A stretch of DNA of 64,000 nt from the NCBI GenBank assembly GCA_963920595.1, contig OY986946.1:3286001-3350000 (forward strand), read 5' to 3'. Positions 13,312 through 45,705 of the stretch are shown here, in pieces (positions within the stretch are counted from its first letter, which is position 1; every line of letters begins with the position of its first letter). This DNA is from Eimeria praecox (Eukaryota). A model generated the notes under the pieces. That model made no database searches. It was given only the letters and a program-made list of their open reading frames with translations, and had not been told where the DNA came from. A program made the position numbers and the translations under genes.

Positions 13312-15004
13312 AACAGGGAGATGTGTTTCTCTGTCTTTGTTTTATTTTCTGCTGTCTGTTTGGTTTTCTGTCTCTTATTTTAATTTCGCTTGTTTTTGTT
13401 GGTTGATTTGTTTGATATATGTTCGAATAGCTCGAATTATCTGTCTCTCTTCTTCTTTCTTTCTCTCTCTCTCTCTCTGTCTTTCTTTCTCTCTCTCTCT
13501 GTCTGTCTCTCTTTCTTCCTCTCTCTCTGTGTTCCTGTTTCTGTTTGTCTCTTTGTCTGTCTCTCTCTGTTTATGTTTATATTTATGTGTTTGTTTGTGT
13601 ATTTTATGTTTTTTTTTGCTTCTTCTGGCAGTGTATGTGTTTCTTCTCTTTCTGTGTTTGTTTATATGTATTGTATGTGTGTATAATTCTTTTATTATAT
13701 GTTTTTTATACATATTCAAGTTGTATTTGTGCTTCTTCTAGAGCTCGGCTGTATACAAGTACAGCTGCATCGAATTGCTGTGTTTTAAATAGTTTATTTC
13801 CTTCTTCTTTGAGGCTCCGCAGTTCTTTTATTATATCTTCGGAGGTCTTCTTCTCTACAAAAGGAGAAGTACTGTTAACTAACACCTTACACGGTTTATT
13901 AGGTGTACAGACACCTCCTCGTGCTGCTGCTCGCTGCAGCAGTAAACACCCCAGACACAAACACAAACAAACAAAAACAAACAAACACAGTAATATTATT
14001 ATAATATAATATAATAGAAACATTTTATATCTAAACAGCAAATGTATACAGAAAAACCCTGCATAGTAAATACTCTCTTGCTTCAAACAGCATCATAAGC
14101 GCCTTGTAGCACAAGTATAAAACTACAAAATAATAAAAACTTTTCAAGATACACCTAAAAATATATTTATTTATGTCTAAATAATATGAAAAAATAAAAC
14201 TAATATTGTTTAATACACCTAATTGTAACACTATCTCCGTTTCATACACATTATACCTCCAAATAATATAATTTTATTTTATATACAACTAATAATGTTT
14301 AGTTATATTTCTTCTTTTACTCGTAGACGATTTGTAAGGATTTTAAATCTTCTTCAGTTTTTTGTTTTCTGACGAATTGCAGTTTGCAGCCGATGGCATC
14401 TGCAGCTGCAGTTTGTGCTGAGGTGTATGTACAGCTTCTGCTATCAAAGCTATAAATAAATACATAAATACATAAATACATAAATATCTCTCTCTCTCTC
14501 TCCTCTATCTCTATCTATCTATATCTCTATGCCTATCTATATATGTATGTGTGTTGGAGGCTGTTCGTAGCTTACACTTTTGTTTCTCGTTTTCTTAGAT
14601 TTTTTCAGGTTATTTTTATCTTCTTCTTCTCTTTCTGTCTCTTCGTCTGGATCGAAGGCATCCCAGGCTTTATAATAATCTGCCAGAGGATTTAAATCGC
14701 GTGCATACTTATGTCTACTCGACTTCCCCTGCTGCTGCTGCTGCTGCTGCTGTTGCTGTTGCTGCTGCTGCTGCTGCTGCGGTTCTTCATCCTGTTGCTG
14801 AGGGGGCGTCGTCTGTTGGTTTGTAGTGTTTGTGTCTTCTCTTTTTCTGTTTTCTCTGTCTCTTATTTCCTTCCTCTCTTCGTCTCCTTCATTATTTTCT
14901 GTTTCTGATTCTAAGAAGCTGTTCTCCCATCTATCCAAATCTGACAAATACTCCCGCAGCTCCTCTGCGTTTCGCCGAATCTGCAGCTGTACAGATAGAG
15001 ACAT
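12016..15004 (-). CDS. RPAP3: TPR protein resembling RPAP3/Spaghetti (R2TP co-chaperone) N-terminal half
   Basis: N-terminus QLQIRRNAEELREYLSDLDRWE and DYYKAWDAFD resemble RPAP3/SPAG; carboxylate-clamp TPR residues in LKEEGNKLFK...YSRAL (exon ending ~13712) and LYGNRAAAHY...KTIYRRGVA (exon from 12780). Exon 1 is 15004-14576; a possible small exon near 14320-14440 and the 3' end are uncertain. Confidence 0.7.
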
Positions 15005-15169
15005 CTTCTTGCTGCTCCTGCTGCTGTTGCTGTTGCTGTTGCTGCTGCTGTTGCTGTTGCTGCTGCTGCTGTTGCTGTTGGTGTTATGGCTGCTACTACT
15101 ATTGCTGCTGGTACTATGAATGCTGAGGCTGCACTAGCGTAACGGCAAATGTCTTAAGGCTCTGCAGCT

Positions 15170-15232
15170 AAACCCTAAACCCTAATACGTAAAACCTAAA
15201 CCCTAAGCCGTAAACCCTAAACCCTAAACCCT
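15170..15232 (+). repeat. interstitial telomere-like (AAACCCT)n array, degenerate
   Basis: Read directly; lies ~170 bp upstream of the RPAP3-like ATG. Confidence 0.9.
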
Positions 15233-16457
15233 TGAAGGGGGAGGAGTATCCTGCTCGGACCGCAGAGCCGTTTTGGTATATGCTGCTGTTGCTGGCGAGT
15301 CGAGATGCCTCGAGAGCGCCTGTTAATAATATTCCTTATAAACACATTTGCTGTGTGCAGAAACCCCCTTCTTTCTGAAGATAGAAAGCCTTAGAATAGG
15401 TGCATGCGTCTGCCTTTGTATTGATGCCTACACTAATATAACAAATACTCCTATTGTTAATGTCTTTCTGATTGTAGGAGGAGTGGGGCGCTAACTAAGG
15501 CTCGTGCTGCTCTTTCCTTGCTTTCTTTAATAAAATACAGAGTAAGTTTTAAAGGCTTTGATTTCAAATGAGTGTTCGTGTTTCCAGTTGTTCACATCCA
15601 ACTGTACTGTCGTCCGTCCTTAGGTCGCGCCACAAGGAGGCAGCAGAGATATATTTCATTGGTGTTGAAGAAATTAGAGTTTCAAAGTATAGTATATAAG
15701 AAAGGAAAGGAAAGGAGTAATATAAACTGACACATCAATTCTAAACAAACAGCAAACAACTCACAGCGACTCCGACTTTCAAGCACCACTCCTTGCACTG
15801 CTCATTGGCACTTCGGGAAAGGTTCAACAAAATGGAGGCATAACATGTAAAGAAAACAAAATTAAAAAGCTAGAGATGATTTAAAACGTATTGCCATTCA
15901 TAAGAAGTATGTTTATGGGGCTTTTGTTGTCGGATCGCTCAAAAGCGGGCCCATAGCTTTCCGACTCGACTGCGGTGTATGTACACCTTCGTCTGCGCAA
16001 GTAGAGAGCATCTGCGCTCTATATGCTAGACAAGTGTGTTTTATTTGACGAAATTTGTTGTTAGTTTTGTGGAATCTTGAGTATTACCCGCCATTTCCCC
16101 TCTGCTGCCACCGGCGCCGATGATTAGTTGAATTTTCTCATCCTTTCCACTTCTGGATGAGCACGATTGAGCTATTCAAGTGTAGGAATACCTTGTTATC
16201 GGCTGACCAAGAACCCTTTACCGTTCTGCAGAGGAAGGATCTGTTTATACATTTTCTTTGGGGCTGCTGACGTGCTTCAAATCATAGCAATTAGCACTTG
16301 AATCTCTTATTTGCAATTTTGGGTATGAAGGAGTAGTTCATACAGACAAGCAGCACACAGCTTTGGTGAAGTGTTCATTTGATTTCGTAAAGCCATCAGG
16401 CTGCATTTTATTTCGCCAAGATCACTCGGATCTGAGGTGTCTGTACACCCCACGAAG

Positions 16458-18897
16458 ATGGATCCGCACGACACAGCGCGTGGCGTTCAGCTGCGAACTT
16501 CTTCCTCTGTTCCCTTCGATGAAGGAAATTCTAATTCTGGCGCTTCTTATCCGTCTCCACCTCTTTCTTCTTCTCATTTACCTTCCTCATCTTCATATCC
16601 TTCTTCTTCTTTATCTTCATCTGCACCTGTATCCGCAGGTGCAGCCGCAGCCGCAGCAGCAACTCTGTCACCTCACGGTGTTGGCCGCCCCTCATCATTT
16701 GTTCCGGATGCATTTTGCTGCATACACCCGATGGCTCTGGAGCAGCGACAGCAGCAGAGCAGCGGCGATTGGAAGCTGCGAGCTACGAGTAAGGCTGTTC
16801 GGTCTGAAGGGGATTTGAGACGTTGGCTTTCTTCAGATACGCATGCAGATTTTCTCAGCTTTGTCAGCAGACTTGCTAGACAAGCAGCAGGAAAGAAAAC
16901 ACTCTCAAGCCTCTCAAGTGCCATTAGAGGCAACAGAAACACACAATCTGAATCTTCTTCATCCCCTGCAGCAGCAGCAGCAACAGCAGCAACAACACCA
17001 ACAGCAGCAGAAACTGGAACAGAAGCAGCAGAAACACAGACGAGAGAAGGAGCAGCAACAACAACGAATACTGCTGCAGCTGCTGCTGCTGCAGCTGCTG
17101 CAGCTTCTGCAGCTACCGCAGCTGTGGAGAGGACGTCAGCGACTTCTCGTTTGGGGCTGCTTTCTTCTTTTCTTTCTTTTAATAGATTACCTTCTAACAA
17201 AGCGTGTTGGGCTCTGCTAGATGTGCTGCAGCAGCTGCTGCAGTGGGTAGAAGATATCCCACCTGTTGAACAGCCAACAAGATTTGGAAATCAGGCATTC
17301 AAAGTTTGGTGCCGCCGACTGCAGGAGGTGAGAGAAGAAGAAGATATGCAGACAAAAAGAGAAGAATGAATAGAATAGAATAAAATAGAAATAGAATAGA
17401 ATGGAATAGGAGGAGAATAGAATAGAATTGAAGTAGAATAGAATAGAGTTGAATAGAAAAGATACGTTTGATATTATCCCTTCATCAACTCTGAGTTGTG
17501 TTCGGTGCTCTGTTTATCTATTCTGGGCTTTCTCTCCTTCTTTCTCGATTTTATTTGGCCTTTCTCTCTTCTCTCCTTGCTTCTTTCTCTCCTCCTTTCT
17601 TCCTTTTCTTCTTGTACATCCAATTACTTTGTATAGCTGTCTTCTTTACAGCTTAAAGAGAGTGTTTGTATCTTTCAGAGTGTTTGTATCTTTTCATATC
17701 ACATACTCTAGTAGTCGTGAGCAACGCATCTACACAAACAAAGACCGAAAAATAAATGCAGAGGAGGCAACAAACTCCAAACTGTTTAATGTTTGTAAGA
17801 ATTTTGCATAAATCAGAGGAAATTTTATCAAATATCGACAAAAGTAAATCTGAATTTGAATTTGTTGATGCAGGAAGCTGAAGATTTACTGTCGGGTGTA
17901 TGGACAGCTTGCGAAGATGTTGAAATTTCAGAAACCGAAAAGAAAGAAATGGTGGACATTTTTTGTTCTTCTTTCGGAAATCCTGTACGCCTTGATTTTG
18001 GAACAGGCCATGAATGTTCTTTTGCAATTTTCTTGTTTTGTTTATTCAAAAAAAAAATTATTAAAGAAGAAGAACACGATCCCTTCGCGGTGCTCGGCAT
18101 TTTCAAAGGGTATGCCCTTATTATTATTTTATTCTTCATATTTTCCTCCTTTTATTTCTTCTTTTGTTTTTATATTTTGCCGGTAATAGTTGTTTCGTCT
18201 TTATTATATGCTGTTTGCTTACATTTGGCTCGTTGCTTCATTGATGTTTCTATGAGGACCCCTCCCGGTCTTTTCGTATCTGTTGTACAAGTAGAATTGA
18301 GGTATAGTAGAGTGTTGTTCTTTGTTTCTTTTGCTCTCTTCTCCTTATAGATTGTTTCTCTCTTTCCTTCCCTGCTGCCGCTTCATCAGAATCCAGAAAC
18401 ATGTTGTGTATGTGTATGTTTGTTTGTTTGTTTGTTTGTTTATTTGTTGCTTTCTCCCTTCAGTTACGTACAGGTGGCGCATGCTCTGCAGCAGCGATAT
18501 ATGCTAGAGGCTGCGGGGAGCCGAGGTGTTTGGGGTTTAGACGACTTTCACTTTCTTACCTTCCTTTGGGGTGCTGGCCAGCTGTCTGAACAGCAGCTCA
18601 TAGAACCCGCTCAGGTATTAAATGCATGCAGATATCTGATGCATGTACACTTAAGGCTTTCTTGTTTCTTATTCGCATTTCTCTCGACTCACATATCTAC
18701 ATAGAATATAAAAAAAACAAGGCGAATATGTTCCCACGCCCACTTCGCTACTCTATCAGCTCCACCTAGAATATCTACACTTTACATTTATATATATTAA
18801 ACATTATATATATTATATTTTGTATATATAACAAACTTTTGCATATGTATGAGATACGTATTACATGTATGTATACTATATATATATACATATATAC

Positions 18898-18961
<64 letters not shown>

Positions 18962-19274
18962 GTACTGTATAAGACTTGTTATGTTGAGTGATGTGCAGAT
19001 AATGGACCGAGAGCTCGTGCAGCAGCTGGCTCCTGATCTGCTGTACTTCGACTCGATAGAATACGTTCTGCAGGTTAGTCGAGGGAGTTGAGAAGCTAAC
19101 TGTCTCGTAAAGTAGTGTTGAATTAAACATAAAAGAGGAAGCAGCAACTCAATAAGCAGAACAGGTTGTATTCAACAACACCAGAAAACAACAAGAAGGA
19201 TGTCCTTCTTCCCCCTGCATGCAGAGAGGGTAGTGATAGCCTTAGAAACAACGAAAGAAACAGTATTTATCATC

Positions 19275-19312
<38 letters not shown>

Positions 19313-19811
19313 TTAATGAGTTGCTGTGGAATCTCGCAGACAAAGAAAGGAGCTCCCTTCTTCGAGTGTTCCCCCATACTTTATGATGTCAGCGGCATCA
19401 GCAGCTGGTGAGCGTTCATCTTATTATGAAGCCGAGTTTGTCTTAAATAGTTGAAATTTAGTTTGTTAAAATATCCTATTTATTTATTTATTTAAAATGC
19501 GTCTCATTAAACCCCTATGCTGGCTATTAAGCAAGAGCTTCGGGTGTATAGGGAGGTCTGAATTCAGTAGAAGAATCGTCTTGTGTGCAGCTGCGTTTTG
19601 TGGATGAGAAATGCTGATTCTGTTATCCCTTCCTTTCTTCTTCGTTTTAAAAATAAGATGTATAATTTACCTATTTATGAATATCTTTCCTCTTTTCTGC
19701 AGGAAGAAGATATGTTCAGGGCTGATCCGCATGTACGAAGGGGAAGTCATGTGCAAGCTGCCGATCGTGCAACATTTTTTGTTTGGCTCTTTGTTCCCTT
19801 TATCGGGCTGA
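16458..19811 (+). CDS. PTPA: phosphotyrosyl phosphatase activator (PP2A activator PTPA/RRD), 6 exons
   Basis: Exons 16458-17327, 17874-18109, 18464-18614, 18999-19073, 19340-19407, 19703-19811 join in frame. Motifs IPPVEQPTRFGNQAFKVW, SFGNPVRLDFGTGHE, YMLEAAGSRGVWGLDDFHFL, KGAPFFECSPILYDVS, GLIRMYEGEV..KLPIVQHFLFGSL. Confidence 0.95.
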
Positions 19812-21262
19812 TTACATTTAGTCTTTTGAAGAGTAGCATTAATAAACAATTAAAAGATAAATCGTCAGGCCGCTTTGCACTGCCTGTTTATATACGGCAT
19901 ATAGGAGTCAACAGATTCTTTCTGGTCTCTGCTTCTGCTGACGAGCAAGAGGCGGAGTTGTTTGCAGCTCTCCTATTTGCTGCATTTCTTTTCTTCTCTT
20001 GTTTAAAACATCTCTGCCTTCTTGAGACGTTCGTTTTGCCGTTGATTGTGGCTGCCCGTTGTTTTACTCCTTCCATAGTTTTCATGAATACAACACACAC
20101 ACACACAGTTATTTGCCTCCCTAAGGATCATCCTTCTAAATCATTTGTAACATTTTATCCCCTGTAGTTTCGTTTATATTGCCGCCTTTGCTTCTTTCCT
20201 TTCGGTTGCAGTCTCTCGTCTATACCCGCCCTTCTGGTAGCCCGGCGTAGTGTCTAGAGTAGCATTATGCCTCACCTAGTTCATCTGTTTTCTACTCGTA
20301 GACACTCAAGGAGGTTACAAACTACATTCTACGTTTATGAGTTTTTGATTTACTTCTTCGGTTTCTGTTCTCTTAGGCATTTCATGCCAGCGCTGATACT
20401 GAGGGGATTTGCGTGTACTCGTCTGCGGAACATCGGTGGACCATATGTCTTAGTATGTTCTATTTTCACTTTTTCTGCTTAATTTAAGCGAATTTATGAT
20501 CTTCTACATCTAATTAATTAAGATAAACATTGTAAGGTTGTACTAGAATCGCTGGGGATAGCAGATGATGACGCTGATAACGGACGATGGGTTGGGCTAT
20601 CGAGGGGCAAATCAGCTGATCTTCGGAAAGATGAAAAGGATCTTCCTGCTGTTTTATATTCTTTTTTATTTCGCAACAAAACCCAAAATAATATTCGCGA
20701 GCTCATGAGACACCCCCGTGCCGCACACAACCCGAGCAGCCTGCATGCGTCGGCGGCACCAGTGGAGTGGCGGGGGAATTGCGCTGGTTTTGAAGCTATT
20801 CTTTGGAAAAAGCTATAAATATATGAATTTTCCAAGATATTTAATTTGTAGCAATAAATTAAGAAGAAGATCAACTCAATTTTGGGCTGCCTTCTGAGAG
20901 TTCAACGAAACTTGAACGAGGCGACGTAGCATGCAAGAAGCATTCCCGAGGAGCTGCAAACGGGATAAGAATGGCTTTTTATGGCATTTTCTGGTCGAAT
21001 CGATGAATTTAATTTTATAATTTTATTAAAAAAGTCAAAGAGAGGGAAAAAGGAAGATGGAAATTTGCATTCTATTTCGCTTTTCAGCAGGGGGTGACCC
21101 TGTGGGAGTTCAAGTCGTTGCGTTCTCGAGTCGTTGAGCAGATCTGTGTTTCCGTCTTCCTCTCTTTTTCAGGGATAAACAAACTTTTAAAGGATAATTA
21201 TTAATTAAAAACACATATATATTCCCTCAGAGCGAAGATTGAAATGCTGGAGAAAGAAGAGA

Positions 21263-32472
<11,210 letters not shown>

Positions 32473-32647
32473 GGGCTCATATTAATTGCAATTTGTTTTC
32501 TTTTTTTTTTTGAGAGGTGTAGCTGAGCTGAGGTGTCTGTACACCTGAAATTCGATAAGAAAACAAATAATTTAAGAAACAAATTGAATGTTCATATCTT
32601 CTTCTTTTCTAATTACTCTGCACGAGTTGGGTTTGAACAAAGAGGCA

Positions 32648-32680
<33 letters not shown>

Positions 32681-32687
32681 AGCAGCA

Positions 32688-32727
<40 letters not shown>

Positions 32728-32804
32728 CCACCGTAATCAGCGGTTTTAATAACAAACATCTAATTCTATAGCAACATAAAGCAACTCTATAGACATACAC
32801 TTTC

Positions 32805-32959
32805 GAATAAATATAATTTTGAATAAATATAATTTTAAATAAATATAATTTTAAATAAATATAATTTTAAATAAATATAATTTTAAATAAATATAATTTT
32901 AAATAAATATAATTTTAAATAAATATAATTTTAAATAAATATAATTTTAAATAAATATA
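32805..32959 (+). repeat. 16-bp minisatellite (AAATAAATATAATTTT)~10
   Basis: Near-perfect tandem units read directly. Confidence 0.9.
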
Positions 32960-33149
32960 GTTTAATTGTTTTATGTAATTTTTTTTGTTTTTCTGTTTTT
33001 CTGTTCACCCAAAGAAATACAAATTTAGGAGGAGAAAATATATTTCTTTGTTTAATATAAACGAAGAAATACTTCTCCGTTGTTTGATATAAATATAAAT
33101 ATAATTATAAATATAAATACAAATATAAATACAAATACAAGCATAATTA

Positions 33150-33252
<103 letters not shown>

Positions 33253-33262
33253 GAATGTCTCC

Positions 33263-33452
33263 GTACTATTAGTGTTGTATTCTAGTTTTATTTTTTTTTA
33301 TATTAGTATTTTATTATATATATATATATATACACTCACACTTGTATATTATGTTATATTTAACTACAAGATTATCTGTCAGTTATGTTAGATCGAATTA
33401 GTAAGATTATTGTTGCGTATATAATATAAATATTAGATACATATCATAAACA
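33263..33452 (+). repeat. dispersed repeat copy 1 (paired with 59585-59848)
   Basis: Shares GTACTATTAG..TTGTATTCTAGTTTTA and a ~120-bp core ending GAATTAGTAAGATTATTGTTGCGTATATAATATAAATATTAGATACATATCATAAACA with copy 2. Confidence 0.88.
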
Positions 33453-34509
33453 TATATATATATATATATTATATACAGATATAGATTTGTAGATAAATGT
33501 CAGTGTGATGTTTGCAAATCTAAGTATTTTTCTTTTTGTATTTCGTTATTTAATTTATTTATAATTCGATTAATTTAATTTGTTTTTGGTTCGTTTTATT
33601 AAATTTGTTGTTATTTTTTAATTTATTATTATTTTCTAAATCAATTTATTCTCTCGATGCTCAATTTAATTTGTGTGTCTGTCTTCTTCTTAATTTGTTT
33701 TTTGGCTGTGTTGTTTTAAATTCCTTCTGCATTTTATTTTGTTTTATTTTATTTTTTGAGGTTTCTTCTTTCGTATTTCGCTTTAATTTATTTATTTTTA
33801 TTTTTATTTGGCTTTTATTTAATCTTTTTTCTCTGATTTTCGCTTCATTTACTTGAAATGTCACGAAGGCTCTGCACGGTGCCGGCTGGACTTAATGAGC
33901 CTACCATCAAAGAAAGCAAAACTTTTTGTATGTTAATGTTGTGTATTTTTGAAAAGAAAAAGAAGAAAATGTTTTATTATTTATAATATTTTATTATTTT
34001 TCTTTGTATTTTGTTTTAAAACACTCGAAATATCTGCGGTTAGCTCATCATGAGCTGGCGGTCCGTTCTTCTTTTGAATGTCGGAATGGAAGAAACGAAA
34101 GAGAAAGCGTGGGAGAAGTGCTGTGTGTGTATGTATTTAAAAGAAATGAATTAAATTTGTTTTTTTTATGGAGTTAAATAAATTGTTTATTTGTATATTT
34201 ATTTCTTTTTAATTTCCATTAAACTTGAACAAGCCACATATATAGCGATCTGTGGCTCGGGTGTAGTGATGGCTGACGGGTGTGGCGGGCGAGTCGGTGG
34301 GTGGGCGGTGGTGAGTTGTTTGTGATGATTGTTATCAGAAAAAGTATTTATGTTGAAATATTACTTTATTTATTGTTTCTTTTTGTTACTAGGATTCATT
34401 TAAGTCTATTTCTTTTCGTTTTCGTTCATAAAAACGCGAGTTTCAGACGTCGACATCGTGCGGATACACCTCCATATATATACACAACTCATCAACATTA
34501 TTCACGAAG

Positions 34510-35855
34510 ATGAGTTCTCAGAAACAGGCCTTCGGGGAATTTGCTGGAAGTTTATTTCTTATTTTAATTTCAGGTTTATTACCTCTTTTAAAAGTAGAAG
34601 GTTTAAACTTTGCAACAGCTCTCTGTATCGCCTATGGTTTTCTGTTGATGGTGATGCGAGATGCACACGTGAAAACATTAAATCCTGCATTAACTTTGAT
34701 TGATATATTTAGAAAACAAATTGAAACAGGAGAAGGATTAATTATTATTCTTTCTCAACTTGCAGGTTCTGCTTTGGGGGCGTTCTTCTTATCGATTCTA
34801 GCAGATTATACCTTATTGCCTACACCTGCAGCTGCATCCTGTCCTGCGGGTTTACTGTTAATAATTCAACTTATTTTCGGTTCAGCTTTGACTTTCGCGT
34901 ATATTAGAGGCAAAGAAGAAAGTAAATATGAGGGCCCGTGGCTAGCAGCGTTAATGTATGGTTGTTTTTCTATAGGAGGAGAAGCAACAGCTTTTTTGAA
35001 TCCTGCAGCAGCATTTGGTGCGTATGTCTGTCGGGGTATTTCAGGTGTACATACAGACGAAAGCTCTCTTGCTGCTCTTTTATTTGCCCCTTTACTAGCA
35101 TCAGGTTTAACATTTCTATTAGATAAATCTTCGGAGCATCATATTCAAATGTCGGAGTTGATAGGTACTTTCTTTCTTACCTTCGGTCTTCTTGCAGCAG
35201 CAGCTCACACCGACAGCAGCAGCAGCATCAGCAGCAGCATCAGCAGCAGCAGCAGCAGTGCAGCAGCAGCAGCAATTGGCTTTGCTTTCTATGCTGCAGC
35301 AGTAACACGTATGGTTGCTCCTGTGTCTGGGGGTTCGCTAAACCCCGCATTAACAGGCGGAGCAGCTTTGAGTGAGAGAAGAAGTATATCTAAAGATTTA
35401 TTAACTGTATGGGTATTTCAACTCTGTGGGGCTACAGCAGCAGCAATGTTATTGAGCCGGATAGCAGCAGCAGCAGCTCCTGCTGCTTCAACAGCAGCAG
35501 CAGCAGCAGCAGCAACAACAACAACATCAAATAATATGGAAGGTTTGCTGCTAGCAGCAGGTCTTAGTTCTCTTCTTATGATTTCGAATTGTCTTTATTT
35601 AGGAGATTTCTTTGGCTCGCCTGCTGCTGCTCTCATAGGAACAGTCTACGGCCTCTCTCTATTAGGAGCTGCAGCACCATTACCTATTAACCCTGCTGTG
35701 TCTCTTGCTGCTGCTGCTGCTGCTGCTATATTCAACTCTCCTCATGCTTCTACTCTATTTCAAACCATTGCTGAGGTGTCTGTACCCTTCGTTGGATGTA
35801 TTGGAGGTGCTGCTATACTCCAGCTTATACCTTCAGAATATAAGAGAAGCGTGTA

Positions 35856-35856
<1 letters not shown>
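34510..35856 (+). CDS. intronless double-length aquaporin/MIP (two MIP units, four NPA motifs)
   Basis: 448-aa hydrophobic ORF with GEFAGS and SELIGTF helix-1 signatures, SQLAGS and FQLCGA helix-3 signatures, and NPA at 34681, 34999, 35341 (SGGSLNPA) and 35689. Confidence 0.88.
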
Positions 35857-35939
<83 letters not shown>

Positions 35940-36030
35940 GTATATATATATATTTAATATATATATCTATAAGTTTTATATCTGTGCATTTATATGCATG
36001 CTTTAACTGCCGAGGCGGATAAGAAACACC

Positions 36031-36124
<94 letters not shown>

Positions 36125-36495
36125 CAAATTATATTAAATGATATAATATATATAATATATATATTATATATTTTATACACTATATAAAGTGAATCCTTTG
36201 GTTTTATACTTCTGTTGTATACTCCAACAGTTATCTGTCCTTTGCTTTAAATTTATTTTAAAAAGTTTGAAGATTTAAGAAAAAAACAAAAAACAAATTA
36301 TCTTTTTATTTTATCTTTTTAATTTAAATAAAATAAATATTGATAAATAATAATAATATAATAATATAATAAAAAATAATAATAATAAATAATAAAAAAC
36401 ATAAAGAGTAGAGCTTTAGTCTCATCAGAATTATCTCTCAACCTATGGGCCTTTGCTGGTCTTTCATTTTATCTACTGTTCTTAACATTACTACA

Positions 36496-36536
<41 letters not shown>

Positions 36537-36677
36537 CATATATATGTATATATGTATATATATAGTATTATATAAAGAGTAATATATATTATATACAGAT
36601 TAATAAAGAACAGAGAGATACACCTGAAGTACTAACAGCCAAACTAACGGACTTTCGTCTGTCTCATATCTCATATA

Positions 36678-36731
<54 letters not shown>

Positions 36732-37094
36732 TAATATATCTATCTCTATAATATATCTATCTCTGCGCCTAATCTATCTATCTCTATATCTAATATATAT
36801 ATTTCTACATCTAATCTATCTCTATATTTAATATATACATATCTATATATCTACATCTCTAGATATTATATAATAGTATTTCTAATATACTAATAAGTAG
36901 TTAGGTATACATCTAGATAGATAAATATGTATATGTATTTATATGTATATTCAGATGCAGATATTTCTCTCTATATTTATATTTAAATTTATAATGAGAC
37001 AATCTTAAGTAGATAAAGTAAATATATACATAAATATGCTGAGAGATATTACAGAAATAAACATAAATAGATATACACACAGAGTTGGATATAG

Positions 37095-37176
<82 letters not shown>

Positions 37177-37541
37177 AGCCTTCCCTTGAGTCGTTAATAC
37201 ATTTGCTGAGCTAGTAGAGCGCTGTTTAAACATTAACATTTATTAATTTGTAAATAATTTAATTATCTTCGGCTCAAGTTATAATAAGAGTGCAAAGAAA
37301 GATAGAAAATAACAACACAAACAAACCCTGAAAAGAGCAGTAGGTGTATATACAGCTCATCTGTTGTCTGTTGTTTATTTTTTCTAGATATCTACAACAA
37401 CAAAAGTATTATGAATATTTCTTATGTTTTGTTTATTTTCTCTAAATCTTGTATAATAATACATAGCTTGAAATGCCTCTATTTATTTTATTTTATTTAC
37501 ATACTGTTTCTACTTATTTAATTAATTTAAATACTTTATCC

Positions 37542-37577
<36 letters not shown>

Positions 37578-37593
37578 AATATCTAACAGCCAA

Positions 37594-45311
<7,718 letters not shown>

Positions 45312-45662
45312 TTTGTTGAATACTTCCGAATTAGAATTTCGGGTCTGCTGCTGCAGGCGTTTGAGGTGTCTGTCTGTCTGTACAGACACCGCAGACTCCT
45401 GCTGTTGCTTCTGTATAAAAGAAAAAGAAATGTAGAATACTATAGAACAAATAATTAAGAGAAGAAGTACGAATCATCAATTAAACACCATAAACAAGAG
45501 ACGGACAGGGAGCGGCTCTTCGCACAAGTTTGGCTGCTGTTGTTTGTTGTGCTGAAGTTGAATGATTGTTTATATCTTCCTCCTTCAACTTTCTTGAACT
45601 TTCAGACTTTCTTACTTCTAATCTTAATATTTTTATCATATAATATATCTAAATAACTTGCT

Positions 45663-45705
45663 GCAGCAACAGGGGGTTGCTGCCGACACACGGATGCATG
45701 CATCC
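45663..45705. promoter_or_regulatory. candidate regulatory palindromes in the RPT2/MRPL13 divergent intergenic region
   Basis: GCAGCAAC-agggg-GTTGCTGC inverted repeat followed by the perfect palindrome GGATGCATGCATCC, which contains TGCATGCA, a known apicomplexan ApiAP2 motif. Confidence 0.45.

Noticed and set aside
19583..20874. ORFs 19583-20167 (+) and 20518-20874 (-) as separate genes
   Set aside because: The first overlaps the last PTPA exon and 3' UTR in another frame; neither has a convincing start or recognisable motifs.
32805..32959. Regular repeat arrays as possible CRISPR (also 40465-40755)
   Set aside because: Head-to-tail units with no unique spacers, no cas genes, eukaryotic context.
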